Shown in pieces: positions 18,226 to 26,512 of a stretch of DNA of 64,000 nucleotides (positions are counted from its first letter, which is position 1; each line of letters begins with the position of its first letter). Location: the IMG/VR virus record IMGVR_UViG_3300033069_001193, positions 1 to 64,000 of that record, one strand, 5' to 3'. Source of the DNA: a virus (lineage: Duplodnaviria; Caudoviricetes). The position numbers and the translations under genes are program-made. Under the pieces are notes generated by a model, which did no database searches, was not told the origin of the DNA, and saw only the letters and a program-made list of their open reading frames with translations.

Positions 18226-18852
18226 ATGAAGATCCGTCTGAGTGAATTGAGGACCGTCATCATTGAGACGTTGGAAGAGACGTACCGGAAGACCGGCGTC
18301 AAGGACACCAGGCTACCGTGGGAAAGAGAGCCGGGCGCGTACGACGAACCCGAAAAGCGCAAAGGTTCGATTGAAAAAGGCATGGCGGCAGTGGCCCAGG
18401 ACACTGAAGACGAGATCGAGGAGATGCGTGCCTCGCCCGAGTTTGCCGACCTCGACACCTACGTGTCGTACAAGCTCGACAATGATGAGACTGCTGTCAA
18501 CTGGATGGAGTTGCAGGCCTTGGCTCGTAACTTCGCAGCGATGAGGACAGGCCACCCGGACGCCATGGCTGGCAAGGCCGACATCAATGCCATGAAGGCC
18601 GAGTTGGACGGTTACGGTTTCACATTCACCCCACGTGAGGTCTCGCGGTCAGTCCGGGGTGCCACCAGCAACTCTCATGGCACTCACCCCTTCGCCAACT
18701 CAGGTGGCGGAGGTAGCGGCTTCTCTTCAGATCGCGGGGGTGGCGGAGGGTTCACCTCATTCGGCGGTGGCCCAGGTGCCATCGGTGGTGGGGTCCCGTG
18801 GGACAAGAGCAGTTCTAGGAACCTACCGATGGGTAGCGCCCGCCGGCGATGA
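18226..18852 (+). CDS. Hypothetical protein with shared N-terminal motif and Gly-rich tail
   Basis: MKIRLSELRTVIIETLEE; TAGTTAA 5 nt upstream. Confidence 0.7.
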   Translation: MKIRLSELRTVIIETLEETYRKTGVKDTRLPWEREPGAYDEPEKRKGSIEKGMAAVAQDTEDEIEEMRASPEFADLDTYVSYKLDNDETAVNWMELQALARNFAAMRTGHPDAMAGKADINAMKAELDGYGFTFTPREVSRSVRGATSNSHGTHPFANSGGGGSGFSSDRGGGGGFTSFGGGPGAIGGGVPWDKSSSRNLPMGSARRR

Positions 18853-18885
18853 ACGACATCATCGACACGCCTACTTACCAGTACA

Positions 18886-19551
18886 ATGCGTATCAAGCTT
18901 TCAACCCTGCAGAAGATCATTGCCGAGGCAACTGAGAACGCCTACTCGGTTCTGGGTCTACAACCTGGTGCGACAAGGAAGGAGATCCTACATGCATGGC
19001 GTCAGTTGGTCTTCGCAGCGCGCGATGCGCGAGGCGGTGGACGCGGAGGGCACCAAGCCGCTGAGATCAACCTCTATCGGCGCGCCGTCACCGCCGCGCT
19101 GGCAAACCTAGACGACCCGTCTGCCCCGCTCGACTTCGAGCCTAAAATGGTCAGGCCCCCGCCGGAGCCCAAAGCACCTCGCGTTCGCGCAGCGGGCAAT
19201 CCGAATGACATGAGCGACATCCCATTCGCCGATCCTGGTGATCGCAAGATGCGCAAGGCCAAGGCCACTGGCAAGGTGTACTACGGCAAGTACGGAAATG
19301 ATGGCGCGAAGCGCTCAGTCGTCCGCGTCCAGAAGAAGCTGTACGGCACCGGCCCTGACGGTGTCTTGAGCTCCGGCGACCCAACGATGTTCGGTGGCGG
19401 CGACGTGGTCGGAATCGACTTGAGTCCTGACTACGACGGCCGACTTCGCGTCTCTGACGGTGGCCACGACCAGATGTGGAACCCAATCGATGAGGTCCGC
19501 AAGATGGTCGACGAGCTGGTCATCGAGTCACTGATGAGAGAGATCGGCTGA
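18886..19551 (+). CDS. Hypothetical protein: shared N-terminal motif, J-domain-like segment, shared C-terminal domain
   Basis: MRIKLSTLQKIIAE; NAYSVLGLQPGATRKEILHAWRQL; RVQKKLYGTGPD...LRV...HDQMWNP. Confidence 0.7.
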   Translation: MRIKLSTLQKIIAEATENAYSVLGLQPGATRKEILHAWRQLVFAARDARGGGRGGHQAAEINLYRRAVTAALANLDDPSAPLDFEPKMVRPPPEPKAPRVRAAGNPNDMSDIPFADPGDRKMRKAKATGKVYYGKYGNDGAKRSVVRVQKKLYGTGPDGVLSSGDPTMFGGGDVVGIDLSPDYDGRLRVSDGGHDQMWNPIDEVRKMVDELVIESLMREIG

Positions 19552-19775
19552 CCTCGACGAAAAGGTCGCCGAACGCTTCAGTTCCTTCTTCATGTCGATC
19601 TTCTCAAGCAGCTCTTCGAATAGAGCTGCTTGGCTTCGTCATCAACAATCTCTGCTTCAGGGACATGCGCTGGAAGTGGTGACATGATTCCTTTCCACCT
19701 GGCCTTCTACCAAGACCAGGCGAACTGTGACTGCCACGATTAGGGCAACCATGAAGACAGCAGTGTGCCAAGGCC

Positions 19776-20321
19776 TCAACGCGGCCGCATGTTGTTCCTG
19801 AGCCATTGTTCGCACTCCGCCCCATGTGAGATCGATTCCGCGATGTCGGCGTCTGCCCTGTGCACCTCAGCCTTACGAAACTTGGGCATGCCCATCGACT
19901 GACAGAACAACTTCAGGCCCGACACGTCGTAGTGCCGATATGACAGCCGCGCGTGGACCTTGGGCAGATGCACCTCGACGAACGAGTGGTCGAAGTGGAT
20001 GGTCGAGCCCGCCAGGATGGGTTTGTCATCCCGTTCCTTCTCGAGAGGGACGTAGGTCAGCAGTTGCTGCTCAACGTGTTCAATCAATGGCGCCGAAGCC
20101 CGAGAGCAATCTTCCAGCAGGCCGTTCTTGGTGTGCATCTCCAGGACGACAGGGCCGAGTTCACCCCACCGGGTCCGCGGGAAGTAGACGACCGACTGGT
20201 ACGCTGGCGCTGCATCAAACGGGGCGTTCAGGTCAGCTACCCACAGGGCGACTTCCAGGACATGTTGTTTGGTCGGACTGAGGCCTGTCGTCTCCAGATC
20301 GAGCCACATCAACTTGGGCAT
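19776..20321 (-). CDS. orn: Oligoribonuclease-like DEDDh exonuclease
   Basis: LMWLDLETTGL, EMHTKNGL, LAGSTIHFD, LSYRHYDVS, HRADADIAES. Confidence 0.88.
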   Translation of the reverse strand: MPKLMWLDLETTGLSPTKQHVLEVALWVADLNAPFDAAPAYQSVVYFPRTRWGELGPVVLEMHTKNGLLEDCSRASAPLIEHVEQQLLTYVPLEKERDDKPILAGSTIHFDHSFVEVHLPKVHARLSYRHYDVSGLKLFCQSMGMPKFRKAEVHRADADIAESISHGAECEQWLRNNMRPR

Positions 20322-20590
20322 CAGAGTCTCTCCGGTACTACCTGGTCGATTGCGGGATTGCATTGGACCTTCGCAAGGGCCTGATGAATGTATGCGACTG
20401 CCGCGTTCGGGTTCTCATCCCTGACGATCAGGGAGTGGACATTGCCCAGGTCGTGCATGTGCACATCACGGGCGTGGCTAGTGTGTTTGTAGCCACCGAT
20501 CACGCCGCAGGTGAGCCCGACGGCGTAAGCAGTATACAACGCCAGGATTTCCAACAAAATGAAGGCCACGATCATCATGGTCGCCATCAC
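20321..20590 (-). CDS. Small membrane protein
   Basis: N-terminal hydrophobic helix MMIVAFILLEILALYTAYAVGL. Confidence 0.55.
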   Translation of the reverse strand: MMATMMIVAFILLEILALYTAYAVGLTCGVIGGYKHTSHARDVHMHDLGNVHSLIVRDENPNAAVAYIHQALAKVQCNPAIDQVVPERL

Positions 20591-21258
20591 GCCACCTTCT
20601 CATAGACTCGGGTGTTCTTGCGGTAGAAGCTAGCGAATGCCAGCTTGGGTCGACCCGCCTTCCCGGGAACGGTCAAGGTCGCGAACTTGTCGGACAGGGG
20701 TTGGTTGACCCTGTAACCACGTGCCGCCATCTTGGCAATGACGACATCGACGGGTTGGCAGTTGACGTGGTGCCGCCCCCACTGGTGTTTCCACAGCGGG
20801 CCACCCGGGACCTGCTCACCCTTTCGGTTGACCTTGAACTGCGTCGGGTCGTAGATGCCGCGGCCGCTAGCCACCCCGAAGACGACCAGGCGCGGGTCAG
20901 GGGACAGCATGCAATCAAGGAAGTTGGCCTCGTGCACGTGTTCCAGGTGTTCCATCACCTCGAGCGACATCACCACGTCGCGCTGGCCGACATTCAGGGA
21001 TTTCGGTGCCGTCTTGGTAAAGTCGACCTGTTGATAGTTGGCCGACGTAATCCTGAGGTGAGCCGGATTCGGGTCGAAGTCACAGCCCCAGACCGGGATG
21101 ATGCCCTGCAATGACTCCATCCAGTCGCCCTGGCCACAGCCGAAGTCGGCAATGCTCTGAGCCTTCAGATCGTTCAGGACGAAGTCGTGCCAGGCGGGTA
21201 GACCGCGGGCAAAGTACTGTCGGCCGTCGTCAAAGAATCCATCGTCATAGGTGGGCAT
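20587..21258 (-). CDS. Class I SAM-dependent methyltransferase
   Basis: IADFGCGQG, GCDF, DVVMSLEVMEHL, HHVNCQ. Confidence 0.8.
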   Translation of the reverse strand: MPTYDDGFFDDGRQYFARGLPAWHDFVLNDLKAQSIADFGCGQGDWMESLQGIIPVWGCDFDPNPAHLRITSANYQQVDFTKTAPKSLNVGQRDVVMSLEVMEHLEHVHEANFLDCMLSPDPRLVVFGVASGRGIYDPTQFKVNRKGEQVPGGPLWKHQWGRHHVNCQPVDVVIAKMAARGYRVNQPLSDKFATLTVPGKAGRPKLAFASFYRKNTRVYEKVA

Positions 21259-21803
21259 CAGGAGTTTCCTTGCAGGTAGGTGGTGATGTCGTGGACCTCG
21301 CGGCCCAGATCCTCGTCATCGACATTGAGGACGAGGTGCTTACACCTCGACCAATCGAAGAAGTCCAGGTACGCATCCTCGATCTGTTGGAGCGTCTCGC
21401 CCCTGATCGTCGGGTCGAGGTCGTCCACGACATGGGTGTAGTCCATGCGCCGGCACAGGATGATGCGAGCGTCGATGCTTGCCCACATCTCGTCCATGTG
21501 GGCAAGCATCATCATGTCGGTCTCTCGACCCAATACCTTCGAGTATGCGTACTCGCACGGAAAGCCACGGTCGAAGATGAGCCCATAGCCGGTCTGCTTC
21601 AGGACGTCGAAGACCCGAGGATCAGCGTAGCGTAGTTGGTTGAGAAAGGCCTCTCGTTTGGAGACTCGGGACGACAAGAAGGAATCATGCTCGCTGGAGG
21701 CTTTGAAGTAAGGCACCCCGAGTGCCTTAGCCGTCGCCTTGGAGATTTCCGTCTTCCCACACATGTCGGGCCCGACGAAGAAGAGGATGGTCTGCTTGGT
21801 CAT
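21258..21803 (-). CDS. Deoxynucleoside monophosphate kinase (thymidylate-kinase-like)
   Basis: FFVGPDMCGKT P-loop; LIFDRGFPCEYAY; upstream TATGAT. Confidence 0.75.
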   Translation of the reverse strand: MTKQTILFFVGPDMCGKTEISKATAKALGVPYFKASSEHDSFLSSRVSKREAFLNQLRYADPRVFDVLKQTGYGLIFDRGFPCEYAYSKVLGRETDMMMLAHMDEMWASIDARIILCRRMDYTHVVDDLDPTIRGETLQQIEDAYLDFFDWSRCKHLVLNVDDEDLGREVHDITTYLQGNS

Positions 21804-21820
21804 TGGCTGGGTCAACCCTA

Positions 21821-22114
21821 TCATACCCCGAGGCCAGTGGTCATTGCATGGACCCGTTCCAAGATCCGCGTGGCCTTCCACGTCGGCTCCGAGTCCTGAG
21901 CGCCGTAGTCAGCGTACTTGCGAGCGATAGGATCGAAGTGATCCCGTAGGGCGTCAGGAACCGTCGTGCCCTCTCCGACGGCGCGGAGGGCCTTCTTCAA
22001 CGCTCCCGTCAGGGCACGGGCAGCGCCCTCGCACTTCATGCTAGCCGTGTACAGCTCCCAGTCATCTCCCGTCTCGGGCAACTTCCCAACGTCAACAGTC
22101 ACCTTGACCTTCAC
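21821..22114 (-). CDS. Hypothetical protein
   Basis: GTG start overlapping upstream stop. Confidence 0.5.
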   Translation of the reverse strand: MKVKVTVDVGKLPETGDDWELYTASMKCEGAARALTGALKKALRAVGEGTTVPDALRDHFDPIARKYADYGAQDSEPTWKATRILERVHAMTTGLGV

Positions 22115-22311
22115 AGCTTCAGCTCCTTTGCGGCCTCGTTGAGCGCTGCATTGAGATCTGTAGCACCACAATTGCAGGGCGCCATGGTCTCCGAATCGTA
22201 CTCGGTGACGCAGTGATCCGAATGGCGACGGCGGGCACCCTCCAACTTGATCTTGGCTCTCACCATCTTCTCGATCAACTGCTCATACGTGTACTTGGGA
22301 ATCGTCGACAT
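22111..22311 (-). CDS. Hypothetical protein
   Basis: GGAGAG upstream of MSTIPKY; HSDHC..CNC. Confidence 0.55.
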   Translation of the reverse strand: MSTIPKYTYEQLIEKMVRAKIKLEGARRRHSDHCVTEYDSETMAPCNCGATDLNAALNEAAKELKL

Positions 22312-22342
22312 CGTCTCTCCTTCGTGTGACCTATTTAAGGCC

Positions 22343-22633
22343 GTGAGCGACACTCAATTGCTTCGTGAGTACGTCAGGTTGGTGCTAGAGATGCCACACC
22401 TCGAGCTCGACCCCGCGGGTGACACCGTCGTCGATTTCCGGATTGAGCGAATGCCCATCCCGGAGGAGGCGAGGCGCGCCCTAATGTTGGCCTTCCAACG
22501 AGGCGGCTTTGTGGGCGAGTGGCAAGGGCAAGACGTCGTCTTCTCACCAGACGGGGCGCGCCCAGCCGGGCCGGGCGATTCTGGGCTTCTGCGGCTACCA
22601 GACGACTGGCAAGCGACTGCTGTCTTCGCCTGA
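22343..22633 (+). CDS. Hypothetical protein with shared N-terminal motif
   Basis: MSDTQLLREYVRLVLE; TATTTAA 4 nt upstream of GTG. Confidence 0.65.
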   Translation: MSDTQLLREYVRLVLEMPHLELDPAGDTVVDFRIERMPIPEEARRALMLAFQRGGFVGEWQGQDVVFSPDGARPAGPGDSGLLRLPDDWQATAVFA

Positions 22634-22637
22634 CACA

Positions 22638-23159
22638 TCAGGCCGCCTCCGCGTCCTCGAAGGCCACATAGGTTCCGTGCGACCCGAGGCCCTTCCGAAC
22701 GTGTCCCAAGGACTCGCAGAAGACCAGATACTGTGCCGTCTTCTCCCGGATGGCCGTGACCTCACCGGTGATCGCTTCCTTGTCCCACAGCTGCCGCTTG
22801 AAGGCCACTCGTTGGCCCACGGAATATTGGGGGACCACCCCATGCTGTTGTACCCATGCCTCAACGACCTTTTCATGGATACGGTGCCGCAGGTTGACGA
22901 TCTCATCCAACACGCCGACCAGCGAACTGTCTGAATCCCACATGTGGCGATTGTCGAGCTCCTTGGCCACCTCGTAGCCGTCGTCGTGAAAGCGACAGGC
23001 GCTCGTCAGCTGTTCCAGAATGTCATGTTGCTCCTCGACGGTCGGATCCACACCTCCTCCCGACTTGAGCCACCGCAGTACTTTGGGCAGCAGGACTCGG
23101 GCAATTTCCAGGTCGATCTTTTCATCGTAGTGTGACGGGCGCTTTGCCTCTTCATTCAT
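22638..23159 (-). CDS. Hypothetical protein
   Basis: 173-aa ORF translationally coupled to dnaE-C stop. Confidence 0.6.
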   Translation of the reverse strand: MNEEAKRPSHYDEKIDLEIARVLLPKVLRWLKSGGGVDPTVEEQHDILEQLTSACRFHDDGYEVAKELDNRHMWDSDSSLVGVLDEIVNLRHRIHEKVVEAWVQQHGVVPQYSVGQRVAFKRQLWDKEAITGEVTAIREKTAQYLVFCESLGHVRKGLGSHGTYVAFEDAEAA

Positions 23160-24559
23160 GCGATCACCTTCACCTTGAATTTGGCCGTCGACAGACCGTA
23201 TTCGTCACGACGAACTTCCGCCACGCACAGCTTGAACGGTTCGGGCAGCTCCTTGCAACCCCACAGCGTCAAACGCAGGGGCTTGCCGATGGGACCGGTG
23301 ACATAGGCCTGAACGTATTCCTTACCGTTCTTCGTCTTCTTCTTGACGCCAGCAGAAGGGGCAGCGCCCTTCTTACCAGCGGCCAGGACGGTAACGAACC
23401 AGACGATGTCAGTCTGGCCCGTCTCTAGGTCCTCGATCGCTCTGACGTCTTTCTCGTCCAACCTCTCGAAGATGAAGGGATCGAACATCATAGTGACATC
23501 GGCGGTGCCGAAGAGTTCAGCCTGGAACTCAACGAGTTGACGCTGGGTCCACTCGGCACCATAAGGCTCGGCCAGTCCTCGGGCCAGAGCATAGAAGTTC
23601 TTGAGGCCCTCGTGTGGATCTTTCCTGGTGGAGCGCTTGATGAGCGCATTGTGGTCCCTGACACGAACCTTGGTCTCCTCAGATCCCTTGCGGACAGGTA
23701 CCGTCTCCTCGTAGCTGCCCAACAGGGTCTCGTACATGTGTCGGTACGACTTAAAGACCTTGTCGGGGCCGATGCAGTTCAGGCTGTCGAAGGCACGCAC
23801 CTTGATGAGGGCCTCCAGGGCCTTGCGGTTGAACTTCGACGGGCGCCAGGTGCCGTCCTCATTGTAGAGGAGCTCCTCAATCGTCTTCGGTGGGCGAGCA
23901 GAGCGCCGCATCTCTTCGAGTTCTTCGATCGCTGAATCACCGACGCCCTTGATCGACGTGATGCTAGGCATCAGCTTCTTGCCAGGAAGGACGCGCCAGC
24001 TGACAGTCGCATAGCTCACGTCGACGGGCACGATCTGATAGCCCAATGCACGTGCCTCGCCGAAGGCCTTAGCTCGTTGATCAGGACTGTGCGACATCGA
24101 CTCCAGATATGCCGACAGCCACTGTTCTTCGTAGTACGTCAGTAGCCAGGCGCACCAGTAGGAGTCGATGGCGTAAGCTACCGCGTGCGACTTGTTGAAG
24201 CCGTAACCAGCGAAGAAAAGGATCTTGTCGTACAGGTTGTTGGCGACGCTCTCTGCGTAACCGTTAGCGATGCAGCCTTTGACGAACCCGTCTCGGGTTT
24301 CCTGGGCGGCCTTCTTGGCCGCCTCGCCGCCCGAGATGCTGCGCTTCATGATGGCCCGACGCACCTCGTCGCACTTCTCCTTCGGGAAGCCGGCGACCTT
24401 CTCGGCCAGTTCCATCACCTGCTCCTGAAAAATTATACAGTTGTGCACGAGAAGGCCATTTGCGAAGAAGTTATGGTTCTTCTTGACCTGGATGTCGTAC
24501 ACGGGCTGCACCGGAGCGCGCTTGATTGCGCGAATCTTGACAGGAACTACGTCAGGCAT
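23156..24559 (-). CDS. dnaE: DNA polymerase III alpha, C-terminal half, preceded by a 40-aa split-intein C-fragment
   Basis: MPDVVPVKIRAIKR..PVYDIQVKKNHNFFANGLLVHN|CIIFQEQVM; GYGFNKSHAVAY; IKGVGD; GAGGTGG upstream of ATG 24559. Confidence 0.92.
   Translation of the reverse strand: MPDVVPVKIRAIKRAPVQPVYDIQVKKNHNFFANGLLVHNCIIFQEQVMELAEKVAGFPKEKCDEVRRAIMKRSISGGEAAKKAAQETRDGFVKGCIANGYAESVANNLYDKILFFAGYGFNKSHAVAYAIDSYWCAWLLTYYEEQWLSAYLESMSHSPDQRAKAFGEARALGYQIVPVDVSYATVSWRVLPGKKLMPSITSIKGVGDSAIEELEEMRRSARPPKTIEELLYNEDGTWRPSKFNRKALEALIKVRAFDSLNCIGPDKVFKSYRHMYETLLGSYEETVPVRKGSEETKVRVRDHNALIKRSTRKDPHEGLKNFYALARGLAEPYGAEWTQRQLVEFQAELFGTADVTMMFDPFIFERLDEKDVRAIEDLETGQTDIVWFVTVLAAGKKGAAPSAGVKKKTKNGKEYVQAYVTGPIGKPLRLTLWGCKELPEPFKLCVAEVRRDEYGLSTAKFKVKVIA
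24440..24559 (-). mobile_element. Split intein C-fragment (IntC, 40 aa)
   Basis: Block F VYDIQV, block G NFFANGLLVHN followed by Cys+1. Confidence 0.92.
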
Positions 24560-25031
24560 CGTCCACCTCGACAATATCGAACTCATCGAAGCAACACACT
24601 TCTTGATCGAGCATGCCGTCTTTCAAGCCCTCAAAAAGACCCGAGCCCGTGTTACGATTGTAGAACATCGCATCATTGTCACGATAGTCATCGATGAGCT
24701 TCACTTCGGTCCCCTCATCGAACCACTCTCCGGGACGAGAGACGTATTTGACCCGTTTAGCTGGTTGTAGAGCCGTAGATGAAAAGAAGCCTTCCACACC
24801 ATCACGCATCATCTTGACGTGAACAATTCTCTCGTTAAGATGGTCTGTTTGCAGACGTTCACCCTCGTCAACTACCCTGATCACGTTGGAACATGCAGTT
24901 GTCTTCTCTACCCACAGTGGGTCAAGAGGTGACGGATGATGTGGACACGCATGCCAGTCGTGTTGACGTTCACGCTCGAGCAGGCAAAACACACCCGTCA
25001 GGTGCGTGTAGCAAACAACGTAATCCTTCAT
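24552..25031 (-). CDS. Hypothetical protein between the dnaE halves
   Basis: 159-aa ORF; stop overlaps dnaE-C start. Confidence 0.6.
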   Translation of the reverse strand: MKDYVVCYTHLTGVFCLLERERQHDWHACPHHPSPLDPLWVEKTTACSNVIRVVDEGERLQTDHLNERIVHVKMMRDGVEGFFSSTALQPAKRVKYVSRPGEWFDEGTEVKLIDDYRDNDAMFYNRNTGSGLFEGLKDGMLDQEVCCFDEFDIVEVDDA

Positions 25032-25447
25032 TATTCACACTCCTGTTCACGGTAGGCGAAACACGCAGCACAGATATCGCGGCCAGGCGTTGACGTCCAA
25101 AATTTCTCGTGACAATCAACGCACGTTTGTGTTGGACTGCTGAGACCAGTGTGTGACGACATAGAGCGAGACAATACATCAGCATCCAACACGACCCGAC
25201 ACGGGTTGATCTTCGTGGCCAACGACGACGCGCATAGTTGGCAAACTGGTCCGTGAACAGACAACACACGTTGTCCATGATACTCGACTTCCATGTCATT
25301 GCCTACTTCCTCATAAGCCCTGAACGTGTCGAACCAATCGGCGTACGTGAGGTCATCACGCTTTCCCACTTCAACATGTGACTTCATTGTGTTGATGAAG
25401 TTTTGAAATGACGTAAGCAATTCCTTCTCAAAGTCCTCGATCTTCAT
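25031..25447 (-). CDS. Hypothetical protein with C-terminal CxxC pairs, between the dnaE halves
   Basis: CQLC, CVDC, CAAC; AGGAC upstream. Confidence 0.6.
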   Translation of the reverse strand: MKIEDFEKELLTSFQNFINTMKSHVEVGKRDDLTYADWFDTFRAYEEVGNDMEVEYHGQRVLSVHGPVCQLCASSLATKINPCRVVLDADVLSRSMSSHTGLSSPTQTCVDCHEKFWTSTPGRDICAACFAYREQECE

Positions 25448-25449
25448 GC

Positions 25450-26190
25450 CTAAATTGTCCTCAATTTGTGTGGATAGTTCACGGCCTCAGATTCCCAAAC
25501 ACGCCTCACCATGTAACCACGTGCCTCTGCAGCACGAGTGAATGATTCGTCGAGTCGATACTGTCGCTTCATCTTGGACGTCAATTCGTGTTTAGCACGG
25601 TTGCCGTGCCAATAGTCACCGTCAAATTCGACGAGCAAATTCTCAATCGGAACGTAGAAATCAAACTCATGATTGATGCCATCGATGCGATGCTTGTGAA
25701 CGACGTTATCACCATGCACCTCAATCATCTTTGTTTTGAACGCCAATTCCGCTTTCGAATTTCGCTTACGAGGAGGTTGATTACGTAGACCAGCGCTGAT
25801 CTTCAGCGAGTGCTCTTCAAAGAAGCCAGGCTCATGTGACTTCATGTGCCACGTCAATCCACGCTGACGCTTGCAAACTTTGCCACAGATCGTACACGCA
25901 ATAGATTTCTGTTCTTCAGTCGCTGAACAGTACGATCGATGCGATCGCAGCGATGTGTTTGACGTGAAAACCTTGCCACACGCATCGCACAGAAATTCCC
26001 CTTCTTTCCTGACGTTCTCACGGAGTTTGGTAACGTTGAGCTTAGCGATGTGCTCGTCTGTGAACTTTCGACCTTTGTACGTTTGTCGACGCCATTCTGA
26101 CAAACACTTGACGCTACATGCAACCGAACGTTCATTTCTTGTCGAATACGTCTTTCTGCACGTCTGACATTTCCTCTCTAGTTTGCTCAT
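25450..26190 (-). CDS. Zinc-finger + Vsr/DUF559-like putative homing endonuclease inside fractured dnaE
   Basis: CQTC..CSVKC; CDACGKVF..LRSHRSYC; CTICGKVC..LTWHMKSH; FDFYVP..LVEFDGDYWHG..RRVWESE; lower GC. Confidence 0.85.
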   Translation of the reverse strand: MSKLERKCQTCRKTYSTRNERSVACSVKCLSEWRRQTYKGRKFTDEHIAKLNVTKLRENVRKEGEFLCDACGKVFTSNTSLRSHRSYCSATEEQKSIACTICGKVCKRQRGLTWHMKSHEPGFFEEHSLKISAGLRNQPPRKRNSKAELAFKTKMIEVHGDNVVHKHRIDGINHEFDFYVPIENLLVEFDGDYWHGNRAKHELTSKMKRQYRLDESFTRAAEARGYMVRRVWESEAVNYPHKLRTI

Positions 26191-26512
26191 CTTCCAGCGC
26201 TGCTCCTGAAAGATAAGTATAGTCCTTGATCGAGAGGATTTCGTCATCAAGCGTAAGCTGCCCGGCCTTGATCCATCCACGTTGCGTCATGACGAGATGG
26301 TCTGCCGTGAGTTTGATGACTCCTACATCAGTGTCAAGCTCAATCACTTCTTTCACACCATTGCAAACCGCCGCAACGATTTCATCCTGCTCGAGCTCGC
26401 CAGTCTCCTCGTTGTACGAAGGAAGCGTGACACCGACCATTTGTTGATCAACGATTTCCTTGATCGTGAATTCACCGTAGTCAGTCATCACTTTCGCATC
26501 CCCCGTCAAACA
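26132..26512 (-). mobile_element. Split intein N-fragment (IntN, 126 aa)
   Basis: Block A CLTGDAKV, block B IKLTADHLVMTQRGWIKAGQL, ends at a stop codon with no block F/G. Confidence 0.92.

Noticed and set aside
19605-19630. Perfect 10-bp hairpin (aagcagctct/agagctgctt) as a novel element
   Set aside because: Lies between convergent genes; a bidirectional terminator is the simplest explanation.
24560-26131. Group I/II intron interrupting dnaE
   Set aside because: Both junctions are explained by intein blocks at the protein level, IntC has its own RBS, and no intron core structure was recognised.
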